64,000 nt of DNA from Podarcis tiliguerta (lineage: Eukaryota), in the NCBI GenBank assembly GCA_965153285.1, contig OZ229110.1; one strand, 5' to 3'. Positions 1 to 12,535 of the stretch are shown here, one piece after another. Within the stretch, counting starts at the first letter, position 1, and every line of letters starts with the position of its first letter. A program made the position numbers and the translations under genes. The notes under the pieces were generated by a model, which saw nothing but the letters and a program-made list of their open reading frames with translations, was not told the origin of the DNA and did not search any database.

Positions 1-857
1 CCAAGGTTAACACTTGACATTTTGAAAGCAACCAACATCAGTAAAGGCAATACAAAAATATGTGATAGCTTTTATTTGAACATCCTCTGTAGGCAAAAAA
101 GGTGATATAAGCTTTCAGCTGGGAACTGAAACTCTCAGGTCACTCAGGTGAAACCAATTCAATTGTCATCTCAAATTCAATCAAAGGATTTACTATGCCT
201 TGAACAGAAATATATAATATACTATAACGATGAGATATGCGGGAAATCCTCACGAAAAGATTCATTGGTTTTTTTCAAGGAACCTTATCATTTGACTCTG
301 GGCTTTTCCAGACAAGGAAGGAAAAAATGCAAATTGATCTGTTAGTGCCTTAGAAAGCACAGGAACAGCATTAATAGGATAGGAAAGCTATTCTGTTTCC
401 ATAGAATGGACAGAGGGATCTGTGGCTTCCTTTTCCTTAGGAAATAGCTGTTCTGTGGAAAAATCATCCACTGATATGATGATTGACAAAATACAATTTC
501 TGTTGTTTCTTTGGAGCCCTTAGTTACATGATGCCTTGTTTAATACTAGGGATATTTCGTATTTGATCTTCACTGCAGTATAAACTCCAGGTGCACAGAT
601 GGCTTCCTAAGATCCACATCATTGACTATTTTTTAAAAGATTGAAACCTCACTGCTTCAAGTAAAGATTTGGAAAATGTGAGAGCAAGCTTAATAACGGG
701 TGACCAACCAATTGGACAGGGCTCCTAGAAGCCCAAATCTCCTGTGACATGTACCTTCACCAATCCTTGCAGTTTCTTAGAGCTCTATGGTTGCAATCCT
801 ATGCACACAAAGGAGTATATAGTACTGGTCTTACTTTTACCAAACCTTGAACTGCAC

Positions 858-1113
858 AGAGCCAGCATGGTGTAGTGGTTAAGAGCGATGGACTCGTAAT
901 CTGGTGAACTGGGTTCGCGTCTCCGGTCTTCCACCTGCAGCTGCTGGGTGACCTTGGGCTAGTCACGCTTCTCTGAAGTCTCTCAGCCCCACTCACCTCA
1001 CAGAGTGTTTGTTGTGGGGGAGGAAGGGAAATGAGACTGTTAGCTGCTTTGAGACGCCTTAGGGTAGTGATAAAGCGGGATATCAAATCCAAACTCCTCT
1101 TCTTCTCTTCTTC
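858..1113 (+). mobile_element. Squam3-type tRNA-derived SINE
   Basis: A-box (TGGTGTAGTGG) and B-box-like (GGTTCGCGTC) head, body GCTGGGTGACCTTGGGCTAGTCAC, (CTT)n tail; two more close copies in the window. Confidence 0.9.
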
Positions 1114-2203
1114 ACTGTTAATTACAATTACTCAGCTCTGCATTCATAATGCAAACCTCCATTGTTGTGTTTCAGTATTCCAGCATCTGCATGTACACAT
1201 ATATTAGAGCCATAATTTACTCTAAATGCATAATTTGGCTTTTTTATCCCACAGTTTTATCTGGTGGTGGGGTGGGGAAATGTTGTTTTCAAAGAATGTA
1301 ATTCCAGCTTTGAAAAACATAGGCACCAGTTTTCATATTGAGCACAAAGGCTTATGTCCCCTTAAACAATTCATTTTTTAAAATATACCAAGCAAGTTCA
1401 TTTATAATCCTTTACTCCCGAAATTGCAATGGCTATTTTTTTTTAATTTGGAAGTGTTAAATATTTCTTTCAGCAGCAGCATTCCTATGAAAGAGCATTT
1501 ATAAATCTACGCTGGCAAGGCTCATAAGCCATTAATCAAAAGGCACGGAGCAAAAGGCACGGAAGTTACAATTTATTAAAAGGGCCTGTATTTATGTGAA
1601 AAGAAAAATCTGTTAGTCTCTTTTAAACAATTGAACCATCCTCTCTAAAGTGACTTTAAAAAATATATATCCATTAACCAATATTTATGTTTGCATTCGT
1701 TTTTTAATCAAAGTGTTGCCAATGGATTTTTGGGACACTTAAAGTAAAAGCCGTTTCTGCAAAGAAAGGGTAGCATGAACTGCCAAAGCAGAAATGGCAC
1801 TCTGCGAAACAAATGGGGAGGTTCAGCTGTGTGTTATAAAACAGAGAAAAACAAAGAAGTAGTGCTCCATATATTCTAACTCTCCCAATTTGCTAGGGAA
1901 AGTTTTGTTTTCTGGTCCTTGTCCCGGCTAAATCACTACCCTCTATTTTGTGCTGCCTATTTGCTTTTGGGACAGTCAAGCCCTACAAAGATGCAAAGCG
2001 AGATGGTTGCCTCAGGTGGCAGATAGTGGAGGGCAGCAAACCTTGGCTGCTGAAAGCCAAGATCCAGTTCTGTAACTTATTTGGCCTAGGATTGTGGGGC
2101 TGGTTTATAGTGTGACTTGCTAACGAAGGTGACATCAGCATGGAAGCCTGAGGTGTGCATGAGTCAAAGATGGGACATTTTGAAGCAGTTTGTGGCCCTA
2201 AGG

Positions 2204-2468
2204 CATGGGTAGGCAAATTAAGGCCCGGGGGCCAGTTCTGGCCCAATCACCTTCTAAATCTGGCCCGGGGATGGTCTAGGAATCAGCATGTTTTTACATG
2301 AGTAGAATGTGTCCTTTCATTTAAAATGCAACTCCGGGTTATTTGTGGGGCCTGTCTGGTGTTTTTACATGAGTAGAGTGTGTGCTTTTATTTAAAAATA
2401 GTCCAGCCCCCCACAAGGTCTGAGGGACAGTGGACCAGCCCCTTGCTGAAAAAGTTTGCTGATCCCTG
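2204..2468. mobile_element. Non-autonomous hAT (Charlie group, OposCharlie1/OC1-like) MITE
   Basis: Imperfect TIRs CATGGGTAGGCAAA / TTTGCTGATCCCTG; perfect 8-bp TSD CCCTAAGG at 2196-2203 and 2469-2476; subterminal GTCTGAGGGACAGTG resembles OC1 ends (recalled). Confidence 0.85.
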
Positions 2469-3606
2469 CCCTAAGGCAATCTTGGCATCAAATACTGCAG
2501 ACAAGTATCTGCTGAAACCAAAAGTAATGCCTCTAAGATTACCATAACACCCAGCGGAGATAATGGATGGAGGGACAGCAAACACCAAACTGAGGTGAGG
2601 GTGCAGGGAAGAGCTCCATTGAGAAGGGAAGGATTTGTTTGCAGTTAGAATTATTTTACCAGCTCTCTCCAGTTTCCAATGCTTTGTGGTGGCATCAGTT
2701 TTGCAAGAGCAAAACTGGTCCCTAAGCTTAAGGAAACAAGAAGAGGGCACAGATGAAGACTTTGTTGTGACTGGCAGGTCAACCTTGTAATCAGGCGGAA
2801 TAATCAGACCCAACTTTAAAGGAGCTTAGCACAAAAAGCCCCTGGAACAATTTGTCTGTAATTTGGCAGCGTTCTTGCCCAAAGGCATCTCTCTCATCTC
2901 TGCATTTTTCAGACTGCTTGCCACAAAACACCCAGAGAGATTAGGTGATTTCCACCCTAAAATGCTAACAGCTGCCCTTGCAGGCCCTCAGAAGCAGTGG
3001 TCTTGCCTGCAAGTCATCAAATTCTATCCAATAATAAAAAAATGGCAGATGGTTCCTTTCTTCGGGGGGGGTGTCACATTTTAGAAGCGTCCATCACAAA
3101 AGCCCCTGGATCAATCTGCTTGCAATTAGGCAGGCTGTGAGGAGCACTCTGGAGAGGCACTCTGGAGAAGCAGACTTCGAATCCTAAGCTGAATCAGGCA
3201 GCCTCTGAATTGTTCCATGCTAAATTGGGCTATTTTTCAAATTGTAAAATTGGGGTCTGAAAATAAGCTTGTGGTTGGTTCACATCCTTGATGAAAACCC
3301 TATCTGCAGTGACTGTTATTTCATGAGACATGGAGTCCTCAAGTGATGAACATGAATGAGTGAACTGGCCCATCAGTCTAATGTGATACTATAAGTTGTA
3401 CCGTTGCATCATTGAGGGAGGTTTCCAGGCATCAAGAACCAGTGGTTAGAATAAACACAGAAGTGGTAAAACAAAACCAGTGATTTCTCCAAATGCATCT
3501 CAGGCACTAAGGTTGAGTTGTGGTTCCAATGTATTATTAAGACTTCATTGTCCATCATGTGCCCTGCAGTCCATTGACTTTGGACTACTTTTGTAGAAAA
3601 GTGATG

Positions 3607-3721
3607 GGGAACCTGTGGCCCTCCAGATGTTCTTCTGCCCCAGCCAACCTGGTCAGTGCTCAGGGATGATGGCAGTGGTAGCATAGCAACATATGTAGGG
3701 CCATAGGATCCTCATCCCCAT
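3607..3721. mobile_element. Degraded palindromic hAT MITE
   Basis: GGGGAACCTGTGGCCCTCCAGATGTT ... CAGGGATGATGG ... AGGGCCATAGG; same family as 26333-26468. Confidence 0.65.
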
Positions 3722-5777
3722 CATAAAATAATACATTCTTGCCTAAATATTGTATGCTAGCAATGATCACTATGGATGAAATATGATTGTAAGTCATTTT
3801 GTCCTGGACTAGAATGAAGTCTGTTCAATACCATGTCTCTGCAAATTTATAAGGAAAAATGCACAAAAGTCCTATAAAATTCACTCAGATTTAACAGGGC
3901 TTTGAAAAGGTTTTTTAATAATAATAATAATATGCAGTAAAAAGAATTCGGTAAAACAGAGAATACAGCACAAAGCTATACGTAGTGTAACAATAGCAGT
4001 TCCAAAGCAACTCAGAAAACCAGCCACAATGTGTTGACTGAAACCTGAGAAAATAAAATAGTTGGATTTTTTTTTTAACCACTTGCCTATACTATATGAA
4101 GCAGGGGCCAGGCAAATGTTATTTTACACAGTCTTAAAACATTGATAGACCATATAGGTTCTCTGTAGACAGGTTTGTGCGACTGGTGACAGAGCTTTAC
4201 TTTCTTCTTCTCCTATGTATGAAAAGAAGGGATTTTAAATTCCCTTTCCGATAATACTTATGAGGTGTCCAAGGGTTTTCATGGCTGTCGCATGAGAGTG
4301 ATGTCATCCGTATCCATCATTCCAGGGGAAATAAGAACTGCCAGCAGTGGGCACACCAGTTGCTTGACGTGGCAACAGTGAGTAAAGAAAAGACAGCCCT
4401 CAGCCACCTGCTCAGCATTGTTGCGGAGACTCCAGTGTGCTTGGCCACCTCATCATAAAACCCACAAAGATTCTCAACCATTTCTGATCCACCCTTCAGT
4501 CCAGGAGCTGCAGATCCGGTGAGTCTACTCCAGAATTAGCATTCACTGAAGAAATCCTTCTCCATCCCTAGTGATTATACAGCCATGAATAAAGCTGAGG
4601 AGACATTTGTTGTTACTAACATCTTTTGTGGGGTATTGTAAAAATATGCTCTGCATGATAACATCAGCCAGCAAACGAAGTAATGGGGCAAATGACATCT
4701 TTAGGCAAGGAGTAAGAGTGATGATTATGGCATATTGACTACAACATCCTTTTAAGGCACTGCTTGAGAGCAGGTTTATTGATTTCCCATTGCTCTACCA
4801 TTAAATAGTTTTTTAACATCTTTCTCAATAATTTCACACTTGGTGTCTCAGATTGCCATCTGTACATAGTAACAAAAATTGGCATTCGGCCAGTGCTAAT
4901 ACATGTTATCAGTGTTTGAGAGAGCCTGCCTTTTTATCAGTGTCATAATTAATGAATTTTTGTGGGGGGCAATAAAAATGATAAAACTAAGAATTAGTTG
5001 GAAACTGAAGTCAAATAGGCTATAGGAGCACTGTTACACAAATACATCTAAATTCAGAATTATCTCTCAGACGTTAAGATATCCTTAGTTGTAAGATAAT
5101 TCAGTTAACCTATAATTCAAATGACTCAGTTATAGAGAGTGAAGCATTCCATCCTTCCAACTTCTTTCCCATGCAGCTACCTGTGATCCCTGAAAAACCT
5201 CTCTCTTGATGAGGAGCTGTCCTTGAAGCATGTAGGATAGGACATCAGGGACTGCTGGAGGAGCGGGGGAGGGGGTTGCAAAAAACCAGGTTTGGACCTT
5301 AAGATTTTCACTAAAGGAAGTTCATAGAAGGAAAGTTTTTCATCTCTCCTCCCCCAGGAGGCCTGCCCACATGCTCTTTCCACATTTTTCAGGAGCCCCC
5401 AGCAGGGGAAGCCCATCCCGTTTTGCCACCTGAGGCCAAACTGGAGGCTACTGTCCCCGTCTCCCCAATCCCCAACACGAAAGCCTCAGTTATTGAGGTC
5501 ATGCTTCCCAGCAAGATTGGTACACAGGATTTCACCGCCTGAGGCGGCTGCTTCAGTCAGCCTCATAGGTGGGCTGGCCCTGGATAAGGGAGATACTGCT
5601 GCTGCTGTTAGGCAGGCTGAACAGCCACCCTATCAAATACAAAAATGGTGTGAAAATGACAGACATAGCCCACCTACCACTGGCCTTCCTGCCTTCTGCC
5701 CTATTGTTCCCAATGGGCACAAGCCCCTCTAATCCACTTCACAGGAGGGTCAGAGGGGAGAGTCAGCATCCTTGTTC

Positions 5778-6027
5778 CCAGCATGGTGTAGTGGTTAAGA
5801 GCAGTGGACACATAAACTGGTGAACCGGGTTCGCTTCCCCGCTCCTCCACATGCAGCTGCTGGGTGACCTTGGGCTAGTCACACTTCTTTGAAGTCTCTC
5901 GGCCCCACTCACCTCACAGAGTGTTTATTGTGGGGGAGGAAAGGAAAGGAGAATGTTAGCCGCTTTGAGACTCCTTCGGGTAGTGATAAAGTGGGATATC
6001 AAATCCAAACTCTTCTTCTTCTTCTTC
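5778..6027 (+). mobile_element. Squam3-type SINE
   Basis: Close similarity to 858-1113; (CTT)n tail; approximate TSD CTTGTT(T)CCC. Confidence 0.9.
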
Positions 6028-7882
6028 CTATTCTTGTTTCCCCTTCCAAAGTGGCTAAAGGGCAGAAAGGAGAGATCTGTCCTCCTCAAGCGCAGGCTTC
6101 CCACAGTTCAGAGCCTCCCCCCCCCCCAGTTTTTTCCTCCTCCGTCTGGGCTTGCCAACGCAAGTCTGACCCCTACAATGCGGCAAGGCTCATGACAAAA
6201 GTATGTTATTGATTTTTTTTTAATGTTATTATTGTTTTTATATGAAACAGCATAATTGGTTTTTTCTTATGAAATCATTATTGAGATGTTTTGTGGAAAG
6301 CAAGTCATAAATGGGATTAATTAAGTAAATAAATTTTCCATACTTCTTGTAATATATATACACTGTATAATAAACTTAAGTTTATATTTAAGTTTATTTT
6401 AAGTTGGGCAAGCCATACATGATGGGGGAAGTAAAACTTTGTGTGTGTTTTGCAAAATTAGTTGAACTTGTCTACCAATCACCTTCTTTCTCCATTTGCA
6501 TTTTTTTTTTGCCTAGAAAAGAGGCACTTTGTTCTCAAAGTAGAGTATCCCTTCTTTGCAGTACGGTTCCATAGTATAAATTAAAGCTGACATCTCCAAA
6601 CATTCAAATCAGAGAAGGCATACGCTGACTGTAGGCTACTATTAAGTTTCAAGAAACACTTACTTCAAACCCCAGCAGGCTTCAGTGCATTGTGCCATAT
6701 AAAACTGCCTCAATCATTACCCTTGAACCAGCATAAATTGTCCCTACAGAATTCCCCAGGAAGCCCCAGGAGTATCAGATCCACCACCTCTTCTATTACA
6801 GAGTATAAGCAACATGGGTTCTTCTCTCTTCCTTTAATTATTGACAGGTCCCTCTTGCCGTTCTTGAACCAGACCCTCTTTCCCAGGATGACTGCTGCCT
6901 TCTGAGCCTCAGATCTTTTCACTCACAAACAGCTGCCCATCAGTTGGTCACACGGTCATCCTCCTAATGACATAAGACCAATGGATCGCCATCCCTGCAT
7001 CCATTAATAGAAACAGCCTGAAGAACTGCACGTGGCCTGCCCTGGGCCATAGCTTTCATTTTGCTGCAGACAGCATCTTGCAGAGAGACACTACTGTGCG
7101 GCATGAGAATCAGCCGAATTATTTATATACTTCTGTTTCTCCTCTGAACTGATCTATTCCAGACAAGGACATGCTTGTTTTCCCTACATGTTTATTGCCC
7201 CCTGCTCTCTCTTTGAACATACTAAGGGTTGTTGCTTGCACGGAATAAATTTAAATTGGGGGTTGCATTGAAGTATGATGAATGTTTTCCATTTAAGTAT
7301 GCCACTCTCAGTTGTGGTCACAAGATTAATCCGTCAGTTTTTCTTGATTTAATTGATCTAGATAATTGCCAGCTATGTGATTTAATTGCCAGTTATATGG
7401 GAGACTTCTTCATACAGTAAATGTGTTGTTGTTATTCATTTGTAGTAGACGATGCAGACATGTTCCCTGTAGGCTCTGATGTTGCATTGATATAATATTT
7501 TCCTAACGTTTCAACAATATTCTGAGGTGGATTATGTTTGGTGTGGTGACAATTATGCACAAGATTGGCTGGCCACATAATCTATCCTCTGCCCCTCATG
7601 CAGGACAATGCTTTCTTTCCTTTCAAATGCCTCCAAATCATAGTTGGTTGTTACATCTGAACCAGAAAACCAAGCTTTCATTCATGATTAATCCTGGCTT
7701 CTGATTCTAGTTTGCAAGGTACGCGTGAAGCATGTTTTGCCAGTTTAGACAAAACAGTAAACTATGATTTGCCACAAATGAAAACAGGGAGGAGGGAGCA
7801 CAAGGGCCCCCAAGTCTCATTCACACAGTTTGAACCAACACCTTGCCACTGAGAAAATAACATTTCACCATACCAGCTAGCA

Positions 7883-7986
7883 AAGCTTTCTCCAACCTCA
7901 TGGCCTCAATATGTTTGGACTACACCATTATACTATTAACATTATATTCCAAACCATTTGGAGGGCAACAGGTTGGGGGAAGCTGA
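7883..7986. mobile_element. Degraded hAT MITE
   Basis: GCTTTCTCCAACCT ... AGGTTGGGGGAAGCTG ends; approximate 8-bp TSD AGCTAGCA/AACTAGCA. Confidence 0.55.
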
Positions 7987-8120
7987 ACTAGCACAACCTT
8001 TGCATTTTTTGATTCCTGATCCAGGTAGGGTCATAGATGCACAAGAACAGACTTACGTGTGCATATTTACAGCAGGGTAGGGAAAATCAGAATGCAACAG
8101 ATTGGGTGGTCAAATAAGCT

Positions 8121-8480
8121 GCAGCACCTCCAGAGGCAAGTAAAATGTGCGTTCTGGCCTTTAGACTTCACCTATTTGAGAAAATACACAACTGCTCCTG
8201 TCCTGACATTTTCCAGTCCGTTCCTAATCAGATAAAAGTTCATTCACATCCCTACCTTACTGTTTCTTAAACTGGTTAGATCTGCCTTCATTTGCACACA
8301 CAGGTTTCATATAGCTGACATTTTGACAGTACTTATGTAGCTGGAGTTAAAAGAAATCTTATTGCCTTCTGTGTCTGTTGTCCACCTCTCCCTCTGCCCT
8401 TTAATGCAAGAAGGATCTTAAATGCCTGCTAATGTTTTCCACTTATATACATTTGTTTTGATTGCCCATACCATCATTTA
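8121..8480 (+). repeat. Arm 1 of 360-bp inverted duplication
   Basis: Reverse complement of 13292-13651 with 4 mismatches by eye. Confidence 0.95.
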
Positions 8481-9049
8481 AACTGGGGGTTTTGCCTCCC
8501 ACCCCCTACTGAACAACTAATGGTGGAGTTTCAAGTTATTTGGTAGCGCTCCACACATATTTAGTTGGATCAGGTCCCTAGCGGATGATCTCCATGGCAT
8601 TATTCGTGATCAGCAATGCAAATCCACTCTTTCCTCTCATGTCTATGCCAACTTCATTCATGCTCCTGTTAGTGGATGTGCTCAACCACTGTACTGCTTG
8701 CATGTTGCAGTTCTCATGTTGCTTTCTCTCTGTGCGCACGTTTGGATGGAACAAAAACAAGCAGAGTAATTCCCTTTCGCCCACTACCACCAGCATTTTG
8801 TCAATATTTACCATAGCTTACTAAGGGGGGCAGTTCTGAGCTCTCCTGCATGGAAAGACCAGCTAAGGGGCCATAGGGTGCAGCAGAAGTACACCAAGTG
8901 CCTCTTCCCCAGAGGAAAGGCAGCACATCCACTCCAGAGGACCCTGGAACACACCCAGGCAGAGCAGGCAGAGATGTGGCAATGTTCCTGTCTGCAGAGC
9001 TTTCTGTAGCACCTGAAATGGGACGTTTGAGGGGTGTTAGGTGGGTGTC

Positions 9050-9239
9050 TGTTGTCTTTGTCCATGGAGTTTTCTTGGCAGGGATACTGGAGTGGCTTGC
9101 CGGTTCCTGCTCCAGGTGGATCACGTTTGGTCAAAACTCTCCACTATGACCTGTCCATCTTTGGTGCCCTGCACGGCATAGTTCATAGCTTCTCTGAGTT
9201 ATTCAAGCCCCTTCACCACGGCAAGGCAGTGATCCACGA
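9050..9239 (-). mobile_element. Bov-B (RTE) LINE 5' end, inverted segment of a composite insertion
   Basis: Minus strand reads GGATCACTGCCTTGCCGTGGTGAAGGGGCTTG...GGCAAGCCACTCCAGTATCCCTGCCAAGAAAACTCCATGG, the Bov-B 5' region; same sequence on + at 21748-21945. Confidence 0.88.
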
Positions 9240-9577
9240 GACTCTTGAGAGTCCCATGGACTACAAGAAGATCAAACCTATCCATTCTGAAGAAAATCAA
9301 CCCTGAGTGCTCACTGGAAGGTCAGATCGTGAAGCTGAGGCTCCAATACTTTGGCTACCTCATGAGAAGAGAAGACTCCCTGGAAAAGTCCCTGACGTTG
9401 GGAAAGATGGAGGGCACAAGGAGAAGGGGACGACAGAGGACAAGATGATTGGATAGTGTTCTCGAAGCTACCAGCATGAGTTTGACCAAACTGTGGGAGG
9501 CAGTGGAAGACAGAAGTGCCTGGCGTGCTCTGGTCCATGGGGTCATGAAGCATTGGACATGACTAAACAACAACAGC
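9238..9577 (+). mobile_element. Bov-B (RTE) LINE 3' end
   Basis: Encodes RVPWTTRRSNLSILKKINPECSLEGQIVKLRLQYFGYLMRREDSLEK (Bov-B RT C-terminus); (CAA)n tail; TSD AGGTGGGTGTC at 9039-9049 and 9578-9588. Confidence 0.95.
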
Positions 9578-10400
9578 AGGTGGGTGTCAGGGATGGGCTT
9601 GGATCTGCAGGTTCCTATGCCCCCATTCGCCCCCCCCCACACACACACAATAAGTCCCCAAAAGAGGATGGCTGCTCTAGAGCTGACATAGTTAATTCCC
9701 TTCCATTATGCTCAATGAGAAGGGAAGGCATTTTAAAAAAATTATAGGACAATATGCCCCCACCGTCTACTGCTCTGACCACACCAAGCTAACTAATACT
9801 ATGGATCTGCCCCCACCCCCATGCATAAGATTGCTCTGCCAATTATTATCATTATTGGGTACTGAAATACTAAATAACATCTTCCTGGTGTTATTAAAGA
9901 GGTGAGCACGAGTACAGCTATCCCCCTTAGCAAGGTTATCTCCCCTGCAGAATAGCAGAAAATTAAAATGTGTCTTGTTTTAATGGATTTGCTAAAGGAG
10001 CATGGGGCAATGCCTTCCTTGTAAATTGTTTTTACACCCAGGAGAAATAAAAAGCATTCCAGAATTGCCTTCTCATATTTAATCTTAGATGAAAGGACAG
10101 TTTAAACTTTGGGTTGTGTGCATTTTAGAATGTTGAATTATCTGATTTCATTCTTATTTATTTAAAAGTAAAGTGGCTTTTAAAAAGCTTCTGGGTGGGG
10201 GGGGGGAGGAATCAAGTACCAAGATTCTCTTGTGTCAGTATAACCAGACTTGGGATTTTCTAAAATAAAATAAAAACACATTGGGTTTAGCTTTAGCACT
10301 GCAAAATGGGCCAAAAACTAAGCCACAATAAAACCAGAATTGCCCATCTACTTCTCAAAGCAACACAGATATGACAACAAAATGGAGAAATAGGCAATTG

Positions 10401-10610
10401 GGAACATAATAAATGCCCTGCCGGATCAGGCCAAATGTCCATTAAGTACAATCTCCTGTTTTCACCATAGTCAACCAGATGCCTATGGGAAATTGGGAGG
10501 CGGGATTTGAGTACAACAGCACTTTCCAACTTCTGATTCCAACAACTGGTATTCAGAGGGAAAATGCCTGACAGTGAAGGCTGAGCATGGCCATCGTGGT
10601 TAGTAGCAAT
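10401..10610 (-). mobile_element. CR1 LINE 3' end fragment
   Basis: GAACATAA...GGATCAGGCCAAATGTCCAT...CCAGATGCCTATGGGAA, reverse complement of a squamate CR1 3' UTR; similar to 12430-12535 and 21437-21747. Confidence 0.65.
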
Positions 10611-10624
10611 TTATAACCAGGTGG

Positions 10625-10855
10625 TTGGTAGGAAAGGAGCTGGTCTATCAGGTATTTGGCACCTGAGTCATTCAGGGCTTTAAACACTAAGGTGAGCATC
10701 TTGAACTGGGCCTGGAAATGAAGTGGCAACCAGTGCAGCTGTTTTAAACCAGGGGTTACATGAGATCTGAAAGGAACCCAAGGATGGAGTTTCATTTTGG
10801 ACCAACTGAAGTTTCCAAGTCGTCTTCCAGGGCAGCCTCACGTAGAGTGCAGTGG
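10625..10855 (-). mobile_element. L2 LINE ORF2 C-terminal fragment
   Basis: Translation HVTPGLKQLHWLPLHFQAQFKMLTLVFKALNDSGAKYL matches the L2 HITP-L--LHWLP---R--FK----YKAL motif. Confidence 0.85.
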
Positions 10856-12031
10856 GTTCTCTAAATAAACAATATCACACCTGTAGGTCCAACAGTGGCA
10901 TTTCAACCACTTTTTTAAGAGCTGCTGACGACGATATTTTTGAGTGGTGTGCCCAACTTCTTATTCCATGTGAGGCACAGAGGTTCAAAGTACAGTTCTG
11001 TGTCAATTCAACCATAATTGTACAAGCTCTTGGCAGGGTCACGAAAAATGCCATAGACGGATAAGGGTCAGTAAAGCTGAGAGAACTGCACAATCTTTTT
11101 TCTGCCCAATCACTGGCCCAAACTTTCTACCAGACAGACTTTTGATTCCTTAAAAACATCACATTGGTGCAGTGAAACCCATATAAACTTTTCTCAGGCA
11201 ATATATACTTTTTCAGTGGGGGAGGGGGGGCATTTTCTTGCCCTGAAGGAGAATAAGCTAAGCACATTCAGGCTATGAAAATATTCCAAGAGCTGCCACT
11301 GTCACCGCTCAAATGGATAAAAATGACACATTCAACAGACACTGTCAAGTGGCGTACACCTTCTTCGTGAAGATTGCATGCAAATTGTGCCTCCAGTTTG
11401 TAAATAAATATGCAAATGCACTGCAGACCTCAAGCACATAATGTTGCCATGGCAATTCATACAGACTGAACAAGCTGCCCACTCTTGCTTCCAAAAAAAA
11501 AAAAAAAATTACTTGGAAAAAGGGACAGAAAGGGACAGCGGGCTTGATTCGAGACATGCAAGAGTGTCAAGCAACAGTTCTGGATTTGACAAATCTGAAT
11601 GCTGAGTGCCTGCTCAGACTTGGGAAATCTGGTCTAATAGTCTACTTCCCAAGCTCACGCCTCTGTTGTTATCCTTAGATGAACTGCGGCAAGCCCATTA
11701 AATTGTTATATAGATCAATTAAAGCAATTAGGGAAGCCCCCAGATTTAATGCGACACAGACAGAAAATTCTCTTTGAAGGCAAGACAGTGATTAATTCCT
11801 AGAGGTTGTTGGGGGCGCGGGAGTGCCAGAGTTCAAAAATGTCTGCGGGGAAGGAATCACCCACTGGATCTTGAAGTCTTTCCCCTACGCCAGGGGTGAG
11901 GGGGACGTTTTTCAGCCAGAGGTCCACATTCACTTTGGGGCAGGCTTCCAGGAGGCCATGGTGAACATTTCCAGTGGCAAAGTGGGCATGGCCAGAGAGA
12001 AAAGTGGGTGTAGCAATGTGTGCGGCTCTTA

Positions 12032-12383
12032 AAGAGGTAAAGGGTAAAGGGACCCCTGACCATTAGGTCCAGTTGCAGACGACTCTGGGGTTGCGGCACT
12101 CATCTCACTTTATTGGCCGAGGGAGCCGGCATACAGCTTCTGGGTCATGTGGCCAGCATGACTAAGCCGCTTCTGCCAAACCAGAGCAGCACACAGAAAT
12201 GCCGTTTACCTTCCCACCGGAGCAGTACCTATTTATCTACTTGAACTTTGAAGTGCTATTGAACTGCTAGGTTGGCAGGAGCAGGGACCGAGCAACGGGA
12301 GCTCACCCCGTTGCGGGGATTCGAACCACTGACCTTCTGATCGGCAAGCCCTAGGCTCTGTTGTTCAACCCACAGTGCCACTC
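12032..12383 (-). mobile_element. Sauria SINE (Squam1)
   Basis: Body CCTAGCAGTTCAA...GCGGCTTAGTCATGCTGGCCACATGACC and (ACCTTT)n-type tail on the minus strand; TSD GCGGCTCTTA at 12022-12031 and 12384-12393. Confidence 0.93.
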
Positions 12384-12429
12384 GCGGCTCTTACTTTTGC
12401 ATAATATGCTACATTCTGCACACTCCAAA

Positions 12430-12535
12430 AGAACACAAGGAGAGCCTGTTGGGTCAGGCCAATGTCCCATCTAGTCCAGCATCCTGTTCTCCCAATGGCC
12501 AACTAGATGCCTATAGGAAAGGCATAAGCACATCT
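12430..12535 (-). mobile_element. CR1 LINE 3' end fragment
   Basis: AGAACACAAGGAGAGCCTGTTGGGTCAGGCCAATGTCCCATCTAGTCCAGCATCCTG. Confidence 0.7.

Noticed and set aside
1537-1563. Tandem duplication CAAAAGGCACGGA x2 (similar case at about 3143-3168)
   Set aside because: Ordinary small slippage duplications with no further structure.
4260-4524. Perfect donor CCG|GTGAGT at 4518/4519 with upstream GC-balanced sequence
   Set aside because: All three plus frames contain stops nearby and no convincing acceptor was found.
6710-6922. Minus ORF with RVWFKNGKR, reminiscent of homeodomain helix 3
   Set aside because: Lacks the invariant Arg after WF-N, has no helix 1/2 similarity and no supporting acceptor; most likely chance.
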